64,000 nt of DNA. Origin: Prorocentrum cordatum. Lineage: Eukaryota. Location of the stretch: positions 124,001-188,000 of the forward strand of contig CAUYUJ010000037.1 in the NCBI GenBank assembly GCA_963575745.1, given 5' to 3'. Both the position numbers and the translations under genes were made by a program. The first letter of the stretch is position 1; each line of letters starts with the position of its first letter. Positions 10,901 to 22,050 of this stretch are shown here, piece after piece. The notes below the pieces were generated by a model. The model saw nothing but the letters and a program-made list of their open reading frames with translations. It did no database searches and had not been told where the DNA came from.

Positions 10901-13760
10901 TCCGAAGTGGCGGCCGCGCCCGCGACAACGACCCCTCCAGCGGCGTCCGCCATCCTGTCGGCCATGGAACACTCTTTGTTCCGAGACTTCCGCGCTTCCC
11001 GGAAAACCAAGTCCAAGTCACAAGCCTGATCTGCCGGCCAAGCGGCTGCTAACTCGCTGAGCGGCGTTTCGCCGTCCCGGAGCCCCCACGCCTGCTGCGC
11101 CACAGCCATGCCCCATTTCGAGTTGTCGTAATGAGATGTGCCTCCCGCCCCGTCGTCTTGACCCTCCTCCTCGCTGGCGCTGTCTCCGTCCCCGTCTTTC
11201 CGTCGCTTCCCCCCCACGCGCGACTTCAGCGCCTCGTCGCGCTGATCGAAGCCCACGTCAAATTCCATGTCGCTCACGTCTTCGTCGCTCCGTTCCTCCG
11301 CTTCGCCAGCATCCCGTGGCCGGACGCGGTACACACCCAGGAGGTTCCCCACGTACCGCGCGGCCTCCTTCGCCCGCACTCCGCCGCCCAGCCACTCAAC
11401 AATGGCTGCGTCCCACGACGGTGCTTCGCCACGCAGGCCCCCTGCGAACACTACGTATTGGTCCGCCACGTCGGGCCTCAGGGTCCACGGGTGGAAATAC
11501 GTCATGACGACACGCGCCGACCGCTCCGCTTCCCTGGACGCCCGCGCGGCACGGGCGCTCCGATAAAAAGTAGGTGCCATGGGCCTCCTATTCCGCATGA
11601 GAACCCACGTGTGGCGAAGGCGGGCGCACCCTTCGGTGTCCGGATAAGGAACCCAATCGTCACCTCCGTCTTCCTTCACCGTGTAGTCCACCCCGGGCAC
11701 CAAGTCCTCCTCCAGACTCGCGTTCCCCCGCCCCTGACGCAGTTTGTCCTTGCCCCACTGCGTCAAGACTGCACGATGGCGCGGATTCTCCGCATCTGCG
11801 ATTCTCGTCGGGAAGGACAGTAACACCGGCGTCCAGTACGTTGCGAACTCATACGGAGATAGGTCCCACAGGCCGGAACTCTTCGGACGCAGCCCATACA
11901 ACATGCCCACATTTCGAACAGTCACCTTTCGGCGTCCCTTCTGCCGCATGTCAACTTCGGCAAACTGAGCTTTGCGACCCCCAGACGCGCGGTCTGCCAA
12001 GCGCTCGACCAAGTCCACGTACTCGCGCCCGTACAACGCTGCCGTCTCACAGGACTTCATTGCCTCCGCCGCAGTCACGTCGCCCTCTCGCGCGAAGGCC
12101 CTCAGGCTTGCACATCCGACTTGGTCGCGCACGATGCCCTTGCCATCAGCGTCGCTCATGATTCGGTTGGCTGCCCTCTTACCGACACGATTCACGCTCT
12201 CGCCCTGCAGCTGCCTGCCGAGCTTCTCGACTCCTTTGCAACACTCTTTCACCTCGTGGAAAGCCATGGGCTGCCGCTTCGTACAGTAGTCGCAGGCGTA
12301 TCCTGCCTGCGCGTCCTGCGCCATCTGCGCGACCCTGATGGTCGCTGCGTCGTCGAGCTTCTTGTCGCATGCTTTCTGGCACGTGAACAGACCTTCGCGA
12401 TGGGAAATCGATACGGCAGCTGCACGTCCGAATTCAATCGCTGCGCGGACAACATGCACGGATGCGTGCCATTGAGGCTCGCGTGATTCATCGGCCCGCG
12501 TAGGCTGCCAGTCCGATATCGACGCCCTGCCCTCGGCATGTCCAACGCCACCGCCTGCCCCGGACACACGACGATGGCGCGGTCAATGATCTGCGCCGTG
12601 CGGGGGAAATCCGCCTTACACAACTTCGGGTTGTCCTTCCGACAGCACGCTGGCAGAGGTACTCGCTCCCCAGTCTCTTCATTTTTCAGATGGACGTGGC
12701 TATGCTTCCTCTCTTGCAAGTACTGTACGTCCGCGTCCAGATATTCTTTCTTCCATGCCACAGCGTCGTCCTGAGCCTCTGTCGTCGATGCTTTTGCATG
12801 GAGAGCGCGGGGTTTGAAACGCGGGCCTGCCAAGGAGCCCGCCCTCGTCTTTGAACTCCGGCCAAGACATCTCCGCCTCCCCCAGCCTCCGATTGATTTC
12901 CTCCGCCGACACCTGCTGCGAATAAACCTGCCGACAGACGCGACTCTTGTGCTCCAAATACCCCAGCACAGTCTTCTTGCCCCGGTCCTGCACGTCGTCA
13001 CAGACGATTTCGAACACCTCCTCGAGCGGCGTGTGCTGGTGCAGGCACTGTACGAATACCTGGCAGTGCCCGTGCAAAGATCCCGTAGATCTCTGCGCTT
13101 CTATGGGCACGCAGTAAGCATCCACGCGCCCGAACGCGCCCCCGCCTGGCATGGCGTCGCTTCCGAACAGGTCCTGGCACGGGACCCCCCCTCGGCGTGA
13201 TTGCAACGCGGGCAGTTCGGGCAAGTCCGCAGCCCGAACAGGTGCCGGAGCGTCGCGTCCACAAGGATGCGGAAGCCGTCAACGCTGGCCATGGGGTCCC
13301 GCGCGAGGATTTGTCTACGCTCGGCCCACGTCGGCACCCCAGCCTGTCCTGCATCCATCGGAAGATCCAGGCGCGCCTCGTCTACGTCGGGGGCTACGCG
13401 CGGCCACTCCCGATCCCCCGCCAGCCGCGACTGCACTTCATTATCAGCTGCCGCGTGCACAGGGTCTTGCCGTCGCGTGCGCGACAGGCGGACCATGAGC
13501 AGATTGTGCCCTTCGTCGGGCGAGAAAGTTACGAAGATTGGGGCGCCATACCGGACTCGCAGAGGGTTCGTCTCGAACCTCATCACACGGCAAGATTCCT
13601 GTGTACCTGGGAGGCGCCGCGACGTGTGCGCAGTGTGAGTGAGAAGCTTGTGGGCGGTTTTCCCCAGACTTGGCACATCCCCATCGATCCCTGCCGCACC
13701 AGGAGCCCCCCACTGCCACACCCCACGATGCCAACCAAAAACAACTTGAAATACCCCCAA
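7940..13760 (-). pseudogene. Helitron/Helentron-type RepHel (HUH Rep + Pif1-family helicase), multiply frameshifted
   Basis: Collinear motifs across overlapping minus-strand ORFs. Rep: PIFVTFSP, EAQRSTGSLHGH (HUH), HSHVH...CKADFP, NSDVQL, YACDYCTK. Helicase: HGVPGTGKS, FIDEISMVS, PFGGLNVVLSGDFWRLPP, RRQFPLAPAFGVTAHTAQVQT, YVALTRV. Confidence 0.93.
8040..8980 (-). other. Cys-rich zinc-binding repeat region at the RepHel C-terminus
   Basis: Repeated CxxC...K...[FY]S...W...CxxC modules: CSTCRAEKPRDFYSGSLW..CIEC, CTACGAEKPQAAFSGKMW..CDEC, CVQCKDSFETARFSAW..CNEC, CMECCLWKCQGAF..CVNC. Confidence 0.7.
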
Positions 13761-13838
13761 GCGGCTCCACCATAGGAGCTCAGAAACGCGGTGCGATCCG
13801 TCAGAACAATGATCATCATATTGTCATGGTTATGTGGA

Positions 13839-14460
13839 TCCGCCACCGTGCCTCTCGGCCCGGGGTGGGCGCGCCCTCAAGTCCTTCCATCGTCCTCGCA
13901 ACCTCACCCGTCATTCCTGAAGAATCATTCAGGGACCTAGACCCCGCATCGCGAAATCTTCTCCTGGGGCTTCTCGCATTTCTCGCGTGACTGTTTCGGA
14001 GCAAAGAAGGCACCCAAACGGGAAAACAGGGCCCACGGAGGCCCACGACGGCCCCAAAACACCCAAACATCGCCCCAAGACGCCCTACATGGCCTCATCA
14101 TGGCGCAAGAGGCCTCCAGAAAGCCCCAAGAGGCCTCGAAGATGCCCGAATTGACTTGCCGTCGTTGTTTGAAAAATGTCGGCGTACTCGCGTGTTTTCT
14201 TTCCGACGCTCCTAGACAGCCCGAGGTTCCCCATGCAACCCCAGGACTGGCCTAGAGGCCCCCAAGAGGGCCCCGAAACCCCCAAGAGGTACCCAAGAGG
14301 CCTGAAGAGGCTCCAAGACGACCCCACGGGACCCAACAGCGATCCGACGAGGCTCCAAAACTGCATCAAATTGGCCGCAAAGGTCCACAACGAAATCCCC
14401 ACGCACATCCAATAGGCTGAATACCTACGACCTAGGCACTGTGGCCGGGAGGCCATTCGA
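13839..14460 (+). mobile_element. Non-autonomous element (CCGCCACCGTGCCT family), diverged copy
   Basis: Begins TCCGCCACCGTGCCT, has internal CCAAGA-type short repeats, and ends AGGCACTGTGGCCGG (imperfect inverse). Same layout as 33601-34530. Confidence 0.6.
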
Positions 14461-15023
14461 CAAAGGGGAGTGTCCGAAATGCAACGGAGAATCATGAATC
14501 CAGGCGGCGAGGCTCAGTCTTGGAAGTCTCAACGGAACCCTGTCGTACTTGGAAAGACACCCCGACAACGAATGAATAAAACATACGTCGCCTCAATCGG
14601 GGTCGGCGGCAGAGGCGGCAGCCTTTACATTCCAACGCAAGGGCGCTATTCTTCAGTAAATTGCAAGCAAGTCTCCAGCGAGAGCGCGACTCCAGAGCGC
14701 AGGAGGAGCGATTCCTGAATAAATCGTAAGGAGGTCCCAAGCGAGAGCGCGACTCTTGAGTAAAATGCGAGGAAGTCTCGGGCGGGAGCGGGGGTCCTGG
14801 CTAAATTGAAAGGAAGTCTCAAGCGAGAGCCGTTGTTGTTGTAACCCGGGGGCCAGGGGGCCAGTCTGAGCAGGAAGACTTTCCTTGACGAAAAACTAGG
14901 TGCGAGCCCCGGGGGAGCACTTCAATTAAAAAAATCCATGTGCACCGGTGGGGGGGATCAACAATAATTATTCTTCAAGAATGAGAGTTCAACAACAACA
15001 AGAACAAATAAAAATTAAAAATG

Positions 15024-15120
<97 letters not shown>
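15024..15120 (+). repeat. 97-nt poly(A) tract
   Basis: Uninterrupted A run preceded by CAA/AAT-rich sequence. Confidence 0.95.
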
Positions 15121-15121
<1 letters not shown>

Positions 15122-15146
15122 GCGGTGCGCTGGTGAGGCGGGATGG

Positions 15147-15530
15147 GCCCTAAGATGAAGCCAGGACGAGGATAACATCGGATACAGTGGAGGTCAGTCC
15201 ACAAGAAACCTTCCACAAGAAACCCAACACTGAGACCCCAGGACGCCCATTGGATTTTGGCGTGGGAACGTCGCGCTCTCCACCGCAAAACCATCGAAAC
15301 CCCAGAAGCCCAGGGCATCCTGGAGGCAAGCAGGGTGTTTCTTGGCATGGGCCTCCACTGTAAGGATACATCGAGAATCTCTGAGATCCGGCGGCTCTAG
15401 AATATGTCTTGGGCGCCGCGGCCTTCTCAGAGCGTTCCCGAACGCTCTGGGAGTGTGCTGGAACGCTATGGACGGACTTGTCCTCGTCCCAGCCCCTTCC
15501 AAGACCCCCTTGGGGGCGACCCCCCAGGGA
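15147..15530 (+). repeat. Dispersed repeat, related copy at ~41154-41345
   Basis: Shared TAAGAT(G/A)AAGCCA..AC.AGGATAA and TGTCT(T/C)GGGCGCCGCGGCCTTCTC(A/G)GAGCGTTC...TCCTCGTCC.AGCCCC...GGGCGACCCC segments. Confidence 0.7.
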
Positions 15531-15582
15531 TATCAACGAGCGCGGAGCATTCGCGCACGGGGAGACACTCCGCGGAGACTTT

Positions 15583-15890
15583 CAAGCACTGTTGCCAGCC
15601 CCTGGCGAGTGCACACGAATCTGCGCCCTGGCGGATCTGCAGCACAAACTTAGCGGCGTGCACAAGAAGTAGTGGGAAGGGGGAAAGCTTCTTAGAAGGA
15701 GGGTGCTTCTTAGAAGGCGCCGGCCCTACACCTACAGACGAGGCCCGCGCCATCTAAGAAAGAAGCAGGGGGGCTTCTAAGAAGCCTTCCCCGCTCCCCC
15801 ATACCCCCCTCTGCGCGTGGCTGACAAGCACTGTTGCCAGTCCCTGGCGAGAGCACAAGAATCTGCGCCCTGGCGGATCTGCAGCACAAA
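15583..15890. repeat. 66-bp direct repeats flanking a short inverted-repeat insert
   Basis: CAAGCACTGTTGCCAG...GGATCTGCAGCACAAA at 15583-15648 and 15825-15890. Between them, GGGGAAAGCTTCTTAGAAG / CTTCTAAGAAGCCTTCCCC form an inverted pair. Confidence 0.75.
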
Positions 15891-17302
15891 AACAGCCCGA
15901 GAGGCAGACACGCGCACAGCGCCCAGCTGGGCTCCAGCGAACGACTGCGGCTCTGCCTGACGCAGCAGTGCCGGTCACGCCATGCAATAGAAAAGACTTC
16001 GAGATATAGCCGTGCAGAGCACTGACCTTGAATCCAAAGGAGAATGGCGGACTCGGACTCGCGGCACGGAGACTGAAGACGTGTTTCAATGAGAACGACG
16101 GTTGAGTGTAGATCTGCGGATAGGAAGCAAACACCAAAAATATGGTTCGACGCATGGCTTGAGTTGCAAGGCCATGGGCCAACGAAATAGCGGCGTCACG
16201 TGTACGTGGTGGATCTGTCAAGACTGAAGAATTCTGCCGACGTGACAACACTAATTGGTGCTGGATACAAAGGCAAGCTGGAGCAATAAGATGGTAAACG
16301 CAGATCTGGCCTGATACACGCATCCAGAGATCCTTCAATCGTCTCGTTCAGTTTGCCCTGGATTCTATGCATCTTCTTGTAGTGTGTCTCGGCGATCTCG
16401 AACTTGCTGTTAATTCCCTGGCGGCGGGCTATTTTCTGTGTTTTCCGCCGCACTGCCGTATGGGCCCACAACCCCTAGCCGTCTATCAAGTTTGCTTTCC
16501 CCATCTGTACGAGACTGACCGAGAAACCCATGACATCGACACGAAACAGCGTAGATGCTCATGCGGAACCCGTGTACCTTCGAACGATTCATTGCAAAAA
16601 GCCGCTGCTCGTGCTCTGATCATGCATAAGATACGCGCTGGCAGTCCGTGAAATGAGACCCGACGTCTTAAGACTGTTCATGGCACCGACACGCACGCTC
16701 GCCATCAAATTCAATGACGCTGTCAGTTTCTGAAGGGCCACTGCAACATCCCACACCCAAAGCAATGCAACACAATGACGTGACGTTCCTTCCTCCCTCT
16801 CCGCGTTACCTCTTTTCTTCCTCGTCATACTCCTCCTTGTCGGGATCCTCCTCCCCTCATTTTCTAAAATGAAACACAGTCTGCGCTGACGCGCGTCTGC
16901 GCGCACATAGCCGCACCGCAAGCAGCGACGTCCAACTCGAAAAGCCTCGATGTCTTCAGGTGTGAGCGCAGCATTGTCCCGTGGAACGCGGCGGCAACAC
17001 CGTGGTCGACGAAATTTCACAGTACCGACATGATGATAGCTTGCAGCTGGTAAGTGTAACATGGCGGGGGTGGCCAAGTACCTCTACCACATATTTTGAA
17101 AGACTGATTCGCATCATGAGTTCAATAGAGACTGCTACACCTTCAGCCAAGAGGGAATGCACGCCATCTAGCCAGAATGTAGGCGCAACGACTGCTAAAG
17201 ACGTGCAAGCGGCGAAGCGCTGAAGGTGGCCCTCTAGGTTCCGTTCATTATCGAGGAGCAAAGAATCAGTGGCACGCATGCCATGGCTCTTTCACACAAA
17301 CG

Positions 17303-17392
17303 AGGGGGAGGAGGAGGAGGAGGAGGAGGAGGAGGAGGAGGAGGAGGAGGAGGAGGAGGAGGAGGAGGAGGGGGAGGGGGAGGGGAGAGGGG
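17303..17392. repeat. (GGA)n microsatellite
   Basis: Long GAG/GGA run. Similar tracts occur at 18895-18970, 35923-35995 (CCT), 36465-36570, 37355-37620, 40861-41000 and 47450-47800. Confidence 0.95.
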
Positions 17393-17409
17393 AGACGAGC
17401 AAACAACGT

Positions 17410-18075
17410 GCGCAAGCGTCATATATCTGACGTCCTACCCCTCTCTCGCATCCCTTACCATTGCGTAGACATCCTCTCTACTCGCACAGTCGGATGTCGA
17501 ACAGGGCAATGATCCCGGGAGAGTATGCGATGCATGGTATCGCTCGGCAAAGCATGGCATAGAAGAGCACGGCATAACGTAGCATGTCGTAGCACGATTT
17601 GGAAGACTCGGAAGAAGCGAAACAATGAAATGAGGTCAGCGCTGCAGCGGGAACATGATCTGAACGGACTGAAAAAGCGAAAATGGAGCCAACGCTGCAG
17701 CGAGAGCCCCAGGCGGAAAGGAATAAAAACGCTCGGATTGGACAAAAACACAGATGAATTATCAACTCGGCGGCATCCTGTGCAGCGGGAGCGCGACTTC
17801 GAAGGACCGAAACTGCGGAAATGAGACCAGCGCTGCAGAGGGAGCACGATTTGGAAGGACTGGGAGCGCGGAAACGAAGTCGACGGGGTAGCAGGAACAC
17901 GATCTGGAAGAACCGAAACAATGAAATGAGATCAGCGCTACAGCGGGGACATGATTCGGAAGAACTGAAAACGAGAACATGTACCCAACGCCAGCGGGAG
18001 CGCCATTCTGAGAGGACGCAAGCGTTCGGATTGGAAAAAGTACCTGTTCATTTATCATTTCGGCGGCATCCTGTG
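17410..18075 (+). repeat. Dispersed repeat with internal tandem CAGCGCTGCAGCGGGAGCACGATT units (copy 1)
   Basis: Head ATATCTGACGTCCTACCCCTC...GCGTAGA.ATCCTCTCTA.TCGCA..GTCGGATGTCGAA shared with 30714-31430. Both copies follow purine-rich tracts. Confidence 0.8.
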
Positions 18076-18690
18076 TTAAAACACAATACGCAGAGGAGGC
18101 CAGGACACCTCACCTGCGTCTTCGGGGGAGACGGGACAGCAGTACATATTCAGATTGTACAATTGTCAGGAGGGGAAAAGGACTAGGAAGGGGGGGGGGA
18201 CAATCAAGGACAGAGCAGAAGGGGGGAGCACATGGCGGCGGAGAAAGAGGAGGACACAGGAGACGGAGGACGGGGCGAGAATGGGGGAGGGAGGACGAGG
18301 ACGGAGGAGGCCGAGAATACAGAGCAGATAATCCACCCCTATGACAGATAAACACCCCGACAGGCGAAGCCGTCTAGTAAACGCACCCAAGGAAGGAATC
18401 GAGCAGGGCAGGGCTGTTTCAGTAAACGCCCAGGGCCGCTTGGTCAACGCCAATTATCAGGGTCGGGATGGTTTTCCCGAATTTGGGAAAGGGGGGCGCC
18501 ACAAGCAGGGAACGGAGTACCGCACGTAGACGCGAGGGGGGAATGAGGGGACGGAGCAGAAGCAGTCACAAAAGCGGCCGAAACAACCGGGGGCCGCGGC
18601 GGATCCCAGGGGGCTGATACGCAGGGCAAAGAGTGCCTAGGTAACAAGGTCGGGGAGGGGACGGTGTGCTGGGCGGCGGGCGAAGAAGCA

Positions 18691-19029
18691 TTATCCTGGC
18701 GAATGACCCAACCATACGCAAGTGTGAGAACCGCTAGGCAGGTGGGACGAAGCAAAGGAATTCCAAATGGGGCCTCGAACCATGTGAGGGGTGCGCCAAA
18801 ATGGGGCGGGGCCGCCATGCGAACCCTGCCACTGGGGCCTTCGGTGGAGCTCCCTATGGGGCCACGAAACGCTGTACTGGGTGGGTGAAACGCAGGGAGG
18901 AGGGAGGAGGAGAGGAGGAGGAGGAGGAGGAGGAGGAGGAGGAGGAGGACGCGGGAGGGAGGGAGGGAGGGACGCGGGGCGCTGTCTCTTCAAAACGAAG
19001 ACCCAACACCACAGGATGGTTGGGAAAAA
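18691..19029. mobile_element. Non-autonomous element (CCCAACCAT/ATGGTTGGG family), short copy
   Basis: Left end TTATCCTGGCGAATGACCCAACCATACGCAA; right end GGGGCGCTGTCTCTTCAAAACGAAGACCCAACACCACAGGATGGTTGGGAAAAA; about one 78-bp unit inside. Confidence 0.6.
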
Positions 19030-19286
19030 GGGTTGGCTGTGGGGGGAAGGGGGGCGCGAGGCCACTGCCATGCCGAAGTACAAAAGTCGAGGAGCAAAGG
19101 GCGTTCTGCCTGGCAGGCGAGAAAGAGCTCGGCTTGCTGTGCGGGCGGGGGGAGGGCGTGGCGCCGGTGGCGCGACGAAAGACCAAGGTCGGAGCAGAAA
19201 GAACGCGGTGGCTGGCGGGCAAGAAGGAGCTGGGCTGGCCGCGGGGGCGCAAGGGAAGGCGCGGTGCCGGTGCCGCGCCGAACACG

Positions 19287-21101
19287 TTAGCCTGGCGAAA
19301 AACCAACCATATGCAATTGTGGGTACCGCATCTAAGGATACCGTCCTCCGTGGAGCTCCACATGGGGCCACGAAACACTGTACTGGATGGGAGAGACGTA
19401 CGCGAACTGCGCCGATGGGACTTTCGGTGGAGCTCACTATAGGGCCACGAAATGCTGTACTGGGTGGGGAGACGCATGCGAACTGCGCCACTGAGACCTT
19501 CGGTGGCGTTCTCTATGGGGCCACGGAACATTGTACTGGGCGGGGGAGACGCATACGAACTGCGCCACAAGGGCCTTCGGTGGACCACCCACTGGGGCCA
19601 CGAAACGCTGTACTGAGCGGGGGAGGCGCATGCGAACTGCGCCACTGGGACCTTAGGTGGAGGTCCCTCTGGGGCGGGGAAACGCTGTGCTGGGCAACGG
19701 GAAGGCATGCGAACTGCGCCACTGGTCACTTCGGTGAATTCCTCCTGGGGCCACGAAAGGCTGCACTGGGCGGGGGAGACGTATGCGAACTGCGCCAGTG
19801 GGACCTTCGGTGGAGCTCCTTCTGGGGCCACGAAACGCTGTGCTGGGTAGGGGAGACGAATGCGAACTGCACCACTGGGACCTTCGGTGGAGCTCCCTAT
19901 GAGACCATTAAACGCTGTGCTGGGTGACGAAGACGCATGCGCACTGCGCCACGGGGACCTTCGGTGGAGCTGCCTATGGGGCCACGAAACGCTGTCCTGG
20001 GTGGGGGAGACGAATGCGAACTGCGCCACTGGGACCTTTGGTGGAGCTCCCTACGGGGCCACGGAACGCTGTGCTGGGCGGGGGAGACGCACGCGAACTG
20101 CGCCACTGGGACCGTCGGTGGAGCTACCTGCGGGGCCACGAGACGCTGTGCTGGGCGGGGGAGACGTATGCGCACTGCGACTCTGGAACCTTCGGCGGTC
20201 CCTATTGAGCCAGGAAGCGCTGCACTGGGCGGGGGAGACGCATGCGAACTGCGCCACTGGGACCTTCGGTGGAGCTTCCTACGGGGCCACAAAACGCTTT
20301 GCTGGGCGGGGGAGACGCATGCGAACTGAACAACTGGGACCTTCGGTGGATCTCCCTCTGGGGCCACGAAAGGCCGCACTGACCGGGGGAGACGCATGCG
20401 AACTGCGCCCCCAGGACCTTCGGTGGAGCTTCCTACGGGGCCACGAAACGCTTGGCTGGGTGGGGGAGACGCATGCGAACTGAGCCACCCACGAAACGCT
20501 GTCCTCTGTGGGGGAGACGCATGCGGACTGCGCCAGCGGAGCTCGCTACTGGGCCACGGAACGCTGCGCTGGGCGGGGGAGACGCATGCGGACTGCGCTA
20601 CCGGGACCTTCGGTGGACCTCCCTATGGGGCCACGAAACCCCTACCAGGTGCAGGAGACGCGTGCGAACTGCGCCTGTGGGACCTTCGGTGGCGCTCCCT
20701 ATGGGGCCAGGAAACGCTGTACTGGGCGGGGGGACGCATGCGAACTGCGCCACTGGGACCTTCGACGGAGCTCCCTATCGGGCCACTAAACGATTGACTG
20801 GGTCGGGAAGACGCATGCGGTTCTGCGCCTCTGGGACCTTCGGTGGAGCTCCCTAGGGAGCCACGAAACGCTGCGCTGGATGGGGAGACGCATGCGAACT
20901 ACGCCACTGGGACCTTCGGTGGAGCTCTCTACGGGGCCACGAAAGTGCGCTGGGTAGGGGAGACGCATGCGAACTGCGCCACTAGGACCTTCGGTGGACC
21001 TCCCTGCAGAGCCACGAAACGCTGTATTGGGTGGGCGAGACCAAGGAGGGGCGCTGCCTCTTCGAAACGCGGACCCAACGCCAGAAGATGATTGGGAAAA
21101 A
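19287..21101. mobile_element. Non-autonomous element (CCCAACCAT/ATGGTTGGG family), long copy carrying a ~78-bp satellite
   Basis: Same two ends as 18691-19029 (TTAGCCTGGCGAAAAACCAACCATATGCAA; GGGGCGCTGCCTCTTCGAAACGCGGACCCAACGCCAGAAGATGATTGGGAAAAA). Confidence 0.6.
19345..21040. repeat. ~78-bp tandem satellite (~20 units)
   Basis: Unit GGGGCCACGAAACGCTGTGCTGGGCGGGGGAGACGCATGCGAACTGCGCCACTGGGACCTTCGGTGGAGCTCCCTAT. Confidence 0.95.
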
Positions 21102-21572
21102 TCCGGCGGAGGGGGGCGCGCTAGCTGGCGGGCGAGCCATGGCCAGGCTGGCCGCGGGGGAGGCAAGGGGCGCAGTGCCAGCGCCGCGCCAACATATTAC
21201 AAGGGTGCAGGCGCAGAGGGCGCGCTGCCTGGCGAGGAGGAACTGGGCTTGCTGTGGGGCGGTGGAGAAGGCGACTGGCTGCGGAAATGGGAACGGGGGC
21301 GGGCGCGGCGCTGGCGCCGCGGTCGCGGCGGAGGGGGCGCGCTGGCTGGCGGGGGAGGAGGGGGCGGATTGGCCGCGGAGGGGGGCGGGGACGCGGGCGC
21401 GCCACTGGCGCCGTGACGAAAGAAAGTCGGGGCGGAGGCGGGGCGCTTGCTGGCGGGGGAAGAGGAGCCGGCCGCGGGAGGAAGGTGGCGAGCGCAGCGC
21501 TGGCGCCGTGCCGAAATAAAAATTATATGTCTATCTATATATATATAATATATAGTATGAAGATTTAATATT

Positions 21573-21606
<34 letters not shown>

Positions 21607-22050
21607 CGGGGCGCGCTGGCTGGCGGGGAAGAGAAGCGGGCCGACCACGGAGATAGGGAAGCGGGCGGGCGCGGCGCAAACGCGCGCCGGGGCGTTCCGG
21701 CCGGCAAACGACAGGGGCGCGGGCGGGTCGGCTGCTGGAGCAGGGGGCGGAGGGGGGGGGGCGGAGCGGCACCGTGCCGAAATTCATAAGTCGGGAAGGA
21801 AGTGACGCGCTGGCACGCGCGGGAGAGAGCCGCGCGCGGCGCCGGCGCCGCCCCGACATAGAAAGGTCGGGGCGAAGGGGGCGTGCTGGCCAGTGGTGGA
21901 AGAGTAAGTGTGCTTGCCGCGGGGGGGGCCGGCGCGGCGCCGGCGCCGCGCCGAAATAAGAGCGTCGGGGCGAGTGGGGCATGCCTGCTGGCGGGGGGGG
22001 TCTGGCTGCGGAGGGGGCCAAAGGCGGACTTGTGCCGCGACGAAATACAC
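21102..22050. repeat. Degenerate G-rich tandem repeat with a (TA)n insertion
   Basis: Recurrent GGGCGCGCTGGCTGGCGGGG and GCCG(T/C)GCCGAAAT motifs, also seen at 19030-19285. (TA)n at ~21525-21605. Confidence 0.65.

Noticed and set aside
15950..17280. Complex, lower-GC sequence with protein-like minus-strand fragments
   Set aside because: Possibly a decayed gene or TE, but it has no motif I can identify and many stops.
19345..21040. 78-bp array as a CRISPR array or repeat-protein gene
   Set aside because: No spacers, frames break repeatedly, and the array is bounded by element-like ends.
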